In this document: positions 18,258-25,486 of the stretch, piece after piece | How the letters are laid out: every line of letters starts with the position of its first letter | Numbering within the stretch: the stretch's first letter is position 1 | Sequence record: OM339718.1 | Strand: one strand, 5' to 3' | Length of the DNA: 64,000 nucleotides | Position numbers and translations under genes: made by a program | The notes under the pieces: generated by a model | What the model saw: only the letters and a program-made list of their open reading frames with translations | Databases searched by the model: none | Told to the model about the DNA's origin: nothing

Positions 18258-18674
18258 TCAGATAAAATCAGAAAACTTTTTACGACTCTCTTTGAGCCCT
18301 TTATAAAATGTTAATGGAAACTTATGAGCCGCAATCAATAGATCCACAATATCACAACGAACCCGATATATTTCAATCAGGTTATCACCATCATTGGCTA
18401 ACAATGCACTATACCGATGGTGTCCGTCTAGAATGTAGTTATCATCAGAAACAACAATAGGTTTTGATAACACACTATATGGTGCACTTCTCATCTTTTC
18501 CACTTTTTCTTCATTATACTCTGATTGAGTCGGAAGTAAAGTCTTTACTTTAACCCTTTCCTTAATAAACCCAACCCCGTTTGTTGTACACCAATCCAAA
18601 AATCCGGGGACGTTCTCGGCGGCGATTTGAGGCATATTTTGTCTATCTATACCTTTACTGTGTTTGTATTTCAT
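18258..18674 (-). CDS. ParB/Srx-like nuclease-fold protein
   Basis: LLPTQ...KPIVVSDDNYILDGHHRY motif. Confidence 0.8.
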   Translation of the reverse strand: MKYKHSKGIDRQNMPQIAAENVPGFLDWCTTNGVGFIKERVKVKTLLPTQSEYNEEKVEKMRSAPYSVLSKPIVVSDDNYILDGHHRYSALLANDGDNLIEIYRVRCDIVDLLIAAHKFPLTFYKGLKESRKKFSDFI

Positions 18675-18696
18675 TTCAACTCTCCTTAATATAACA

Positions 18697-18703
18697 TATT
18701 TAG
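18697..18703 (-). promoter_or_regulatory. Late promoter CTAAATA
   Basis: TATTTAG on + strand, about 20 nt upstream of the ParB-like gene. Confidence 0.65.
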
Positions 18704-18716
18704 AGATTAAGAAATG

Positions 18717-18740
18717 AAAAAGAGCCCGAAGGCTCTTTTT
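18717..18740 (-). terminator. Terminator after hoc
   Basis: AAAAAGAGCC-TTCG-GGCTCTTTTT on the minus strand. Confidence 0.85.
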
Positions 18741-19506
18741 ATTTTAAGTCACTAACCTTTAGAATCCGACCATTTCTGGATTCTTGAAGTTCAACTTCTC
18801 CATATTCATCAAACGCTTTAACTATGGTTTCTATTTCGTCTTTATATTTCAGAGAACTATAGTCTGTAAACCAAGATGGATTTTTCTTTATTTCGTCAAT
18901 AACCCAGTACCCAATCCAAGTAAAGCTAGTTCCTCTATACTCAAGAGGGATAACTTTCCATAAAGACTCAAGAACCTTCGTAATAACGGTTAGGTCAACC
19001 ATTCTAGTCGAAATCATTTGCCCAGAAGTAGTTTTATCCATAAGAGTCGTTTCGACCAGATAATTACCAGAGTCCGCAACAACGACGTTGCTTTTTGTTA
19101 ATACCGCAGAAGTTGCACCGGATACGTTAATGGGTCCTTTCTTCCATTGATATTTGATCGTAAAATCAGACTTGTTATCACCAGCGGTATCAGGGGTAAA
19201 TTTAACGACTGCTGTCATAGTAGACGAAAAACTATCACCTTCCTCAAGGGTAATGGTCTGTAGTGGTTGTGGTGTAAGTTCCAATTCAGCCATACCGATT
19301 TCAAAAACAGTGTCTGTGTCGGTAGTATCTACCGTTGCAGTTACTGTATAAGTGGCAACATCAGAAGCACCGAAAGAACTAAGAATAAGGTCTTTTTCTG
19401 TTTTACCGGAAATGACAGTAGATCCCTTTTTCCACACATAGGTTGCACCTTCTGTGGTAATTTCTGAACTCAAGGTGACAGACGAACCTTTAGAATAAAA
19501 TTTCAT
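18739..19506 (-). CDS. hoc: Head outer capsid protein Hoc (two Ig-like domains)
   Basis: Two Ig repeats (Y.WKKG, D...Y.V) and the C-terminal capsid-binding ESRNG motif with YIGWW-like WIGYWV. Confidence 0.9.
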   Translation of the reverse strand: MKFYSKGSSVTLSSEITTEGATYVWKKGSTVISGKTEKDLILSSFGASDVATYTVTATVDTTDTDTVFEIGMAELELTPQPLQTITLEEGDSFSSTMTAVVKFTPDTAGDNKSDFTIKYQWKKGPINVSGATSAVLTKSNVVVADSGNYLVETTLMDKTTSGQMISTRMVDLTVITKVLESLWKVIPLEYRGTSFTWIGYWVIDEIKKNPSWFTDYSSLKYKDEIETIVKAFDEYGEVELQESRNGRILKVSDLK

Positions 19507-19526
19507 TTATAATACCTCAAAACGAT

Positions 19527-19554
19527 AAAGGGGCATTATGCCCCTTTTATTTAG
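19527..19554 (-). promoter_or_regulatory. Terminator hairpin plus late promoter CTAAATA (19548-19554)
   Basis: AAAGGGGCA-TTA-TGCCCCTTT next to TATTTAG. Confidence 0.65.
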
Positions 19555-19559
19555 TACCT

Positions 19560-20411
19560 TTATTTCTTCATTACCATAGCCCATGTTTCTGGGTTTGGAA
19601 TATAATCAGAAATCTTATTCACAATCTGTTTATCAAGTTCAGTTGCTTTCATCGGAGCTTTACCCTGTTGTTTAACTCTTATGTAGTTTGCTTCTTTAAC
19701 ATAAGAACCACCTTTACCAGATTTAACAATAGAAGAGTCAACACCAATTTTATTGAATGCAATATACCAATCACCATCGGCATAACTCCGGGCACCTTCA
19801 CCCATAGCCATTAGGTTTTTGAAGGTCATACTCGCACCCTCATGGGTTGCAACAAGAATTTCAACCGGTACAGTACGGGAACGTTCGGCGTTTTGTTTCA
19901 TAGCAACGTTGATATCATTCATCACCCACACGATATGAACGTTTTCCTTGTTATAACCTAGTTCACGAACCTGTTTTGCAATTTGAGCCATCTTACCCAT
20001 ATCTTTAAGGGTAACGTCAAAGATCAAATTAGGTTTACGATCCTCTGGTGCAGCCAATACACCATTAAAAACACGTTTATCCATGTTCTTGGTTGTCTTG
20101 TATACATCAGATAGAAGGCTATGCAGAGTAGAAACGTTTTCTGGCTTCTTCAAGTCAAACTTGGATATATCGTGCCCGGTTTCTGCTTTAATGCGCCCTG
20201 CTAGCTTTGTGGAAGCCATAGCAAGCTCTTTTACACGGTCTACGTCTAGGGTAATACCTTCTAGACCAACAAGTTTAGAAGTAACAAACCCCTTCCCAGA
20301 TCCAGCCCCACCAGCCAAGATCAAGACGTTGTTAAACTTAGGGTATGCCTTCTTTCCGAATACCATCAATTTTTCTTCCAATTGAACGAATTCACTAAAT
20401 TTCATTTTCAT
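19560..20411 (-). CDS. P-loop kinase/ATPase (zeta-toxin/AAA_33-like)
   Basis: Walker A GGAGSGKG, LIFDVT, NAERSRTVP; late promoter at 20442-20448. Confidence 0.8.
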   Translation of the reverse strand: MKMKFSEFVQLEEKLMVFGKKAYPKFNNVLILAGGAGSGKGFVTSKLVGLEGITLDVDRVKELAMASTKLAGRIKAETGHDISKFDLKKPENVSTLHSLLSDVYKTTKNMDKRVFNGVLAAPEDRKPNLIFDVTLKDMGKMAQIAKQVRELGYNKENVHIVWVMNDINVAMKQNAERSRTVPVEILVATHEGASMTFKNLMAMGEGARSYADGDWYIAFNKIGVDSSIVKSGKGGSYVKEANYIRVKQQGKAPMKATELDKQIVNKISDYIPNPETWAMVMKK

Positions 20412-20444
20412 TTTTGTTTTCCTATAGGTTGGTTACCTTGGTAT

Positions 20445-20738
20445 TTAGGCATCTACCCAATAAGAAAACTCTTCAATAGTTTTAAAAACAATATTTTTCT
20501 TGTCTTTATACCGAGTAACTACAATACCAGATTCCATTATGCTGATAATATACTCACATACCAGTTCACATGGTTCATCAATAAAGCAAGCTTTAGTATA
20601 GAAAGATTTGATCTTGGTATAGTTACCCATATCAACAACTTCTACCTTTTCGTAAGCTTCTTCGCAGATTTCAATAACACGTTTTACATCGTACATCTTT
20701 ATATTCCTTTTTATTCTTATAGTTTCTTCACTATACAC
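20445..20738 (-). CDS. Hypothetical protein
   Basis: 97-aa ORF; TTGACG-N17-TATAGT upstream. Confidence 0.65.
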   Translation of the reverse strand: MYSEETIRIKRNIKMYDVKRVIEICEEAYEKVEVVDMGNYTKIKSFYTKACFIDEPCELVCEYIISIMESGIVVTRYKDKKNIVFKTIEEFSYWVDA

Positions 20739-20743
20739 AAACG

Positions 20744-20776
20744 AAAATCCCCCGTCAATAGACAGGGGATGTTTTT
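20744..20776 (-). terminator. Terminator hairpin
   Basis: ATCCCC..GTC-AATA-GAC..GGGGAT flanked by A/T tracts. Confidence 0.65.
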
Positions 20777-21176
20777 ATTTGAAACGTTTTACCTTGTAGA
20801 TCACCAACTTAATGAATTCCAACGAATCCTCAAGTGCGTTTAGGGTTCCTTTGAACTCTGGTTTTCCATCAAGTAACTCAGCCAACTCAGAACCGTTGTC
20901 GTAAAGTCCCTGTAACACACCCAGAGCGTCGTCTGACGCAACTTCAAAGTGATTGTATACCAACTCGATGTCGTTAGCCAAGGCGCTCTCTGCAACCGAA
21001 TCTAGGTAGTCATCTGGGAATTCCTTATAGAACTCATCAAGTGCCATATGGAGCGCATAATTGTTGGTTGTAAGATGGAGATAGTGGATCTTTGCAACCG
21101 TCTTTAATCCAAGAGTCACAAATCTAGATACTCTATCTGAGATTCGTTTCATATCATATTTATAAGCTATTTTCAT
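20775..21176 (-). CDS. Ferritin-like/Dps-like four-helix protein
   Basis: IHYLHLTTNNYALHMALDEFY...D..AE motif of the phage Dps-like family. Confidence 0.75.
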   Translation of the reverse strand: MKIAYKYDMKRISDRVSRFVTLGLKTVAKIHYLHLTTNNYALHMALDEFYKEFPDDYLDSVAESALANDIELVYNHFEVASDDALGVLQGLYDNGSELAELLDGKPEFKGTLNALEDSLEFIKLVIYKVKRFK

Positions 21177-21727
21177 TGCATTCCTAATTTAACGATTAAT
21201 GATTCCATCCTGAATGCGGCATAACTAATTAGACCGTATGTGGTATTTATTTGTTTACCACCATCCAAGTGATATGAACAACTACTACGATTAGTGAATT
21301 GTCTCTGACCATTGGTACATGTGAAATAAGGTTCATCAATAATGATCATACTATATTTTTCAATCCTACTTCCATGAATAACATGATTGTATGTACCACG
21401 AGAATAAAACCTATTAACAAAGTCGCTAATTGACAACACTTGGTCTTTTAAATGTGGTGCCACCGACAATATAGATCTGATAGTAGGATGGTTGTGAACA
21501 ACATACAAAGCGTCTTTATGTTCTTCTAACAACATAATAGCAGCAGATGTTTTTCCTGTTTGTCTTCCCATATCCAAGCATATAGTCCCCAACTCTTGTT
21601 GGAATGCATCAGGAGATATCATCAATCGACTCCTGTCTAGATATTCGGAACTTTTAAATAATTTTAATTTTTTGTTTACCATACTAACATATTCGTCTCT
21701 AAAGAAACTGTTTGGCGATATCATCAT
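21173..21727 (-). CDS. Stand-alone P-loop ATPase domain (terminase/SF2-like)
   Basis: Walker A GRQTGKT and Walker B IIIDEP. Confidence 0.7.
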   Translation of the reverse strand: MMISPNSFFRDEYVSMVNKKLKLFKSSEYLDRSRLMISPDAFQQELGTICLDMGRQTGKTSAAIMLLEEHKDALYVVHNHPTIRSILSVAPHLKDQVLSISDFVNRFYSRGTYNHVIHGSRIEKYSMIIIDEPYFTCTNGQRQFTNRSSCSYHLDGGKQINTTYGLISYAAFRMESLIVKLGMQ

Positions 21728-21755
21728 ATCTGTTTTACCTTCTTATTAGTTTATT

Positions 21756-21965
21756 TTAATAAGCCATCGCGAACATACGACGCTGTTTTGCTCGAAGGTC
21801 TTCACCTTCTTTCTCTTTCAACAGTTCATCCGGCTTTGCATCCAGACTAACCTGTTTGGCTTCTACGTTTTCCCACAGTTTGGAGTTATACCATTTTTCA
21901 TTACCACCATTGGCACCACCACGACCCTCACGGGCATGACTTTTCTCATGAATATTCTTAGCCAT
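21756..21965 (-). CDS. Hypothetical protein
   Basis: AGGAG RBS; CTAAATA at 21995-22001. Confidence 0.7.
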   Translation of the reverse strand: MAKNIHEKSHAREGRGGANGGNEKWYNSKLWENVEAKQVSLDAKPDELLKEKEGEDLRAKQRRMFAMAY

Positions 21966-22004
21966 TTAAAACTCTCCTATAGTTGATATGAACATATTTA
22001 GGGA

Positions 22005-22190
22005 TTAAAGACTACGAATAATCGACATAGCAATCAAAACGGGCCAAATTGCTGATACAGAAAGATAATCCATAACTTCTTTAAAAGTAGGGGTCCTATC
22101 CTCTTCTCGGTCTTGATGATCGGTAATCACAAATGCGGTAATGAATACCAGAACACCAATCAAATACACAATAAAAATTCCAGTCAACAT
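22005..22190 (-). CDS. Small membrane protein
   Basis: Two hydrophobic segments, W(P)VL motif; GGAG RBS. Confidence 0.7.
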   Translation of the reverse strand: MLTGIFIVYLIGVLVFITAFVITDHQDREEDRTPTFKEVMDYLSVSAIWPVLIAMSIIRSL

Positions 22191-22209
22191 ATCAAATTCT
22201 CCGTTAATA

Positions 22210-22456
22210 AAAAGAAAAACGGGGACTATATCAAGCCAGTCAAAGCAAGATAAAGTCCCCGTTGCCGAACGTTGTCTTTGGTGTCAGACAACAACCTTGT
22301 GATAGTGGTAGGTCACACCACCCTCTTTAAAACGGGGACCATAATCGAGGCAATATGGTCTCTTTTCGTCTAGTGACAATACAGGGTATCACCTTTACCC
22401 TTGACTCGTATTGTTTGACGCCGCTGCGCCACTCTTGGGGCGCGTACACTTTAAAA
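22210..22456 (-). ncRNA. Candidate multi-hairpin non-coding RNA
   Basis: Six hairpins in about 250 nt without a credible ORF; last stem AACGGGGACT/AGTCCCCGTT plus U-tract. Confidence 0.55.
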
Positions 22457-22458
22457 TC

Positions 22459-22710
22459 TTAACTATATTGATAACCGGCGTTAGCCTTTTTCATTTCGTA
22501 ATCATCATCAACAAAAACATCGTGATTACCGTGCATGATATCATGTTTCAATTTACGATCTCGCTGACGACTCAATGTATTATAACGATCTTTGACACCC
22601 GATTCTGGATAACTAGGATATTTATCTCCCAGATCCCGATTCACTTTAAGTTCATCACCATACCAACTGTCCAGATGTTTTTCATTTTTACGACGAAATG
22701 TCTTACCCAT
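22459..22710 (-). CDS. Hypothetical basic protein
   Basis: MGKTFRRK start with AAGGA RBS. Confidence 0.75.
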   Translation of the reverse strand: MGKTFRRKNEKHLDSWYGDELKVNRDLGDKYPSYPESGVKDRYNTLSRQRDRKLKHDIMHGNHDVFVDDDYEMKKANAGYQYS

Positions 22711-22720
22711 ATATCATTCC

Positions 22721-23043
22721 TTACAGGCTTTCTATGTATTTAATCACACGGTTTAGTATTTCATTTGAATCATTTATCTCAATATCATCAAATGCATACT
22801 TTATCTTTTTTATTACAGTTTCTTTCTTCCATCCGATCTTGAAAGCATCATTAACGAAAGAAACCCAATCAATAATATAACCGGAATTATAAAATTTCTC
22901 TATCAGAATATCCAACGGAATACCATTTGTTTCAAACTGATAAAATATATTACATAAAACCGGAATACCACTATTGGTATAACCATTTACAAAAACACTA
23001 TTTTTACCTTTACGTCCTAACGGCTTGCGTTTAGCGGTGACAT
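22721..23043 (-). CDS. AlaRS helical-domain-like protein; N-terminal start apparently out of frame
   Basis: FYQFETNGIPLD...IIDWVSF aligns with AlaRS [12 protein letters not shown]...KVDEAGF; the RBS-associated ATG at 23043 is one base out of the long frame. Confidence 0.5.
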
Positions 23044-23135
23044 ATACAACCTCTCTTTTTAAGTTTTAGCTTCATGTGCGGCTGCAAAGCAGGTCGAACC
23101 ACCAAGGCACATACTTGTTTCGTGGTTCCGTAAAT

Positions 23136-23210
23136 TGGCAGGGCGTTGAGGATTCGAACCCCAGTCGCACGGATTTGGAATCCGGCATAATACCACTATA
23201 CTAACACCCT
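23136..23210 (-). tRNA. trnW: tRNA-Trp(CCA)
   Basis: Cloverleaf, loop TT-CCA-AA, encoded CCA end. Confidence 0.92.
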
Positions 23211-23620
23211 AGAATCGATCCGGTCGCACCACCACCAGACTTAATAGCATTGGCTACCCGAGCCCACACATGTAAACCTCAAACACCCCAATGAGTTAAG
23301 CCTACAAGAAGGTCTTGCTCGTTACTTTTACGCTTAGGCCCTTACGGGAATCTAAGCCTTTTATGTTTAACGTCATAACAGACGCGCTCATGTGATGGCT
23401 TGAATCAGTGGTCATTCACAAGCAATACTCCCTATGTAACCTTTTACCCGTCACGGACTGGAACCTTATTACAGGAAAGGAACCTACATCACCATTTGAG
23501 TAATGGGAGAGGTCGGGGTTCGGTTTTTATTTTCTAGCTTTCACTAGATTTTTTACAAATACCGGTGGGCTACTTAAAGCGTCGATTCTCATAGACCGGA
23601 CTATTGACGAGAATCCAAAA
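23211..23620 (-). ncRNA. Candidate structured RNA of about 400 nt between tRNA-Thr and tRNA-Trp
   Basis: No ORF, GNRA-capped hairpins, complementary blocks at both ends. Confidence 0.5.
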
Positions 23621-23622
23621 TT

Positions 23623-23698
23623 TGGAGCCGAGTGTGGGACTCAAACCCACGACCTACGGATTACAAGACCGTCGCTCTATCAACTGAGCTAACCCGGC
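23623..23698 (-). tRNA. trnT: tRNA-Thr(TGT)
   Basis: Cloverleaf, loop CT-TGT-AA, CCA end. Confidence 0.92.
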
Positions 23699-23699
23699 A

Positions 23700-23977
23700 G
23701 AGGATTATAATCAGGATCGTTAGACTGTGATTATATCCTAATGTAGTTGACATGCTATCACAAGGAGGAAGGACGTTCAACTGATTTTTGCCCATCTGTT
23801 CGTTGTTTGGTAAAGGACAGTTACCTCAAGTTAAACCCTGCTTGTCAAGGGGTAGTTAACATATCGTCTTTATACTACCAATCCCGCCTGAAACCTAAAG
23901 GCACGTTTCAGGATATCCAGATTCTCTATGGCTGGCTTATTCCGGGGCATACGTCGTTACCCGTTCTTTGTGCTAAG
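23700..23977 (-). ncRNA. Candidate structured RNA between tRNA-Pro and tRNA-Thr
   Basis: CCTGAAAC/GTTTCAGG and ATAATCA/TGATTAT stems; no sense ORF. Confidence 0.4.
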
Positions 23978-24053
23978 TGGTCGGTGATACAGGACTCGAA
24001 CCTGTGACCCTCTGGTCCCAAACCAGACGCGCTACCAACTGCGCTAATCACCG
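23978..24053 (-). tRNA. trnP: tRNA-Pro(TGG)
   Basis: Cloverleaf, loop TT-TGG-GA, CCA end. Confidence 0.95.
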
Positions 24054-24054
24054 A

Positions 24055-24205
24055 AAAGTTCCAAACCAACTGTATTTTACATACCAGATGACCACATCCC
24101 TATAATGGTTGATTTGGATTACCCCGTGCTTATCCGTAACGGTTTAAAACCGCAAGGGGGCATCGTCTCCGAGGATTTTATCAGAACGTCTTCTAACTTC
24201 TTCTA
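24055..24205 (-). ncRNA. Candidate structured RNA between tRNA-Tyr and tRNA-Pro
   Basis: 11-bp stem TCCAAATCAAC/GTTGGTTTGGA plus a GC stem. Confidence 0.4.
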
Positions 24206-24207
24206 TT

Positions 24208-24298
24208 TGGTGGATGCTGTTGGATTCGAACCAACTTGTTTACCCAGTGGGAACGGATTTACAGTCCGCCGCTACACCGCCATCGTAGCCGAACATCC
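24208..24298 (-). tRNA. trnY: tRNA-Tyr(GTA)
   Basis: Long variable arm, loop CT-GTA-AA, CCA end. Confidence 0.93.
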
Positions 24299-24304
24299 AG
24301 AATT

Positions 24305-24380
24305 TGGCTGGCGAGGTGGGGTTCGAACCCACGACATACGGATTAACAGTCCGCTGTTCTGCCTACTGAACTACACGCCA
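24305..24380 (-). tRNA. trnN: tRNA-Asn(GTT)
   Basis: Cloverleaf, loop CT-GTT-AA, CCA end. Confidence 0.93.
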
Positions 24381-24381
24381 T

Positions 24382-24457
24382 TGGTTGCGAGTGGCTGGAT
24401 CGAACAGCCGACTGTAGGTAATGAGCCTACCGAGATACCACTTCTACACAACTCGCA
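24382..24457 (-). tRNA. trnM: tRNA-Met(CAT), possibly initiator type
   Basis: Cloverleaf, loop CT-CAT-TA, CCA end. Confidence 0.85.
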
Positions 24458-24628
24458 TTAATATTTAGGGCGGTCTTTCACCCTTCATGAATCTTGGTCA
24501 TTATAACCCGGCTACATACGCGCATCAACATCCCTTTTGATATTTTTAGAAGCGATGGGACTCTGTATCGCTTCATTATTATCGTAAGGTCAACGACCAT
24601 TAAATTAGTGAGAGCTTACGATATTGTT
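24458..24628 (-). ncRNA. Structured spacer (three hairpins) with embedded CTAAATA
   Basis: TATCGTAAG/CTTACGATA, GAAGCGAT/ATCGCTTC and AGGGTG/CGCCCT stems. Confidence 0.4.
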
Positions 24629-24670
24629 TGGTGATCCTGTCCGGGCATGATCCGGAAACCTACCGATTAT
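24629..24670 (-). tRNA. 3' half of a split tRNA (anticodon CAT, Ile2/Met-like, or CTT)
   Basis: AT-AA-TCGGT, T arm TCCGG/CCGGA, acceptor strand CAGGATC, A, CCA; pairs with the 5' half at 25184-25220. Confidence 0.85.
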
Positions 24671-25170
24671 TCGACTATTTTAAAAAGACGTACAAATGAA
24701 GACTCGTTCTTTTTAAACCGTTGTTCTTTTGTAAGATGATATAATGTCGAACTTGACGTAAATTTACACTTATCAGAACAAACTTTCAATGTGTATTTTT
24801 TAGATTCAACTAGATGACTATTTCCTTTTCTAATAGAAAAGTGAGTTTGACAAATCGGGCATTCATATTCCACCATTTGTCTACCACCTTTCGACTTTGC
24901 ATGTTTCTTATTATTTTCAGAAACAGTCATAATCTGTAAATTAGAAATAACATCATTCGTTTTATCTTCGTCTTTATGATCGACGTGTTCTTCTGGATTT
25001 AAAATTCTACCCAAATGAACCGACATAAGATATCTCGCATAAGAGATTGTAGTTCGGTCTTCGTGTGAATTTACTAAGCATATATGACGCCTATTTTCAT
25101 TATTAATGACGACATAACCAGATTTCCATCTTTCGTTGAAGGGGTACTCTAATTCTATTTTACCTTTCAT
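24667..25170 (-). CDS. HNH homing endonuclease inserted in a tRNA anticodon loop
   Basis: EHVDHKDEDKTNDVISNLQIMTVSENNKKH beta-beta-alpha-Me motif plus C-terminal CPIC...CSDKC zinc ribbon. Confidence 0.92.
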   Translation of the reverse strand: MKGKIELEYPFNERWKSGYVVINNENRRHICLVNSHEDRTTISYARYLMSVHLGRILNPEEHVDHKDEDKTNDVISNLQIMTVSENNKKHAKSKGGRQMVEYECPICQTHFSIRKGNSHLVESKKYTLKVCSDKCKFTSSSTLYHLTKEQRFKKNESSFVRLFKIVE

Positions 25171-25183
25171 TTTCCCACCTTTA

Positions 25184-25220
25184 AAGAGTCGGTTGCTCTA
25201 ACCAATTGAGCTACAGGACC
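25184..25220 (-). tRNA. 5' half of the split tRNA
   Basis: GGTCCTG-TA-GCTC-AATTGGTTA-GAGC-A-ACCGA-CTC(TT). Confidence 0.85.
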
Positions 25221-25325
25221 ATTTTATATTTTGAGAGGATATTTAACGACACATAACAGCTATTATGTCCTCATTTCGTCGTTATTCACTCACACCGGTC
25301 TTAACGAGCAAGCAAAAGAGTCATT

Positions 25326-25401
25326 TGGAGCGGGTAACGTGACTCGAACACGCGACATTCTGATTGGAAATCAGAAGCTCTACCAACTGAGCTATACCCG
25401 C
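25326..25401 (-). tRNA. trnG: tRNA-Gly(TCC)
   Basis: Cloverleaf, loop TT-TCC-AA, CCA end. Confidence 0.95.
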
Positions 25402-25402
25402 T

Positions 25403-25486
25403 TGGTCGGGATGGACGGACTCGAACCGTCACGCCTATGGCGCTAGAACCTAAATCTAGTGTGTCTGCCAATTTCACCACATCCCG
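25403..25486 (-). tRNA. trnL: tRNA-Leu(TAG)
   Basis: Long variable arm, loop TT-TAG-GT, CCA end. Confidence 0.95.

Noticed and set aside
22411-22880. Plus-strand ORFs at 22411 and 22698
   Set aside because: Antisense shadows of minus-strand genes
24667-25185. Self-splicing group I or group II intron in the split tRNA
   Set aside because: The insert is almost entirely ORF (about 15 nt of leader), with no space for a P3-P9 core and no terminal G in either junction register
23747-25446. Plus-strand ORFs at 23747, 24105 and 25231
   Set aside because: Antisense to tRNA genes and structured spacers
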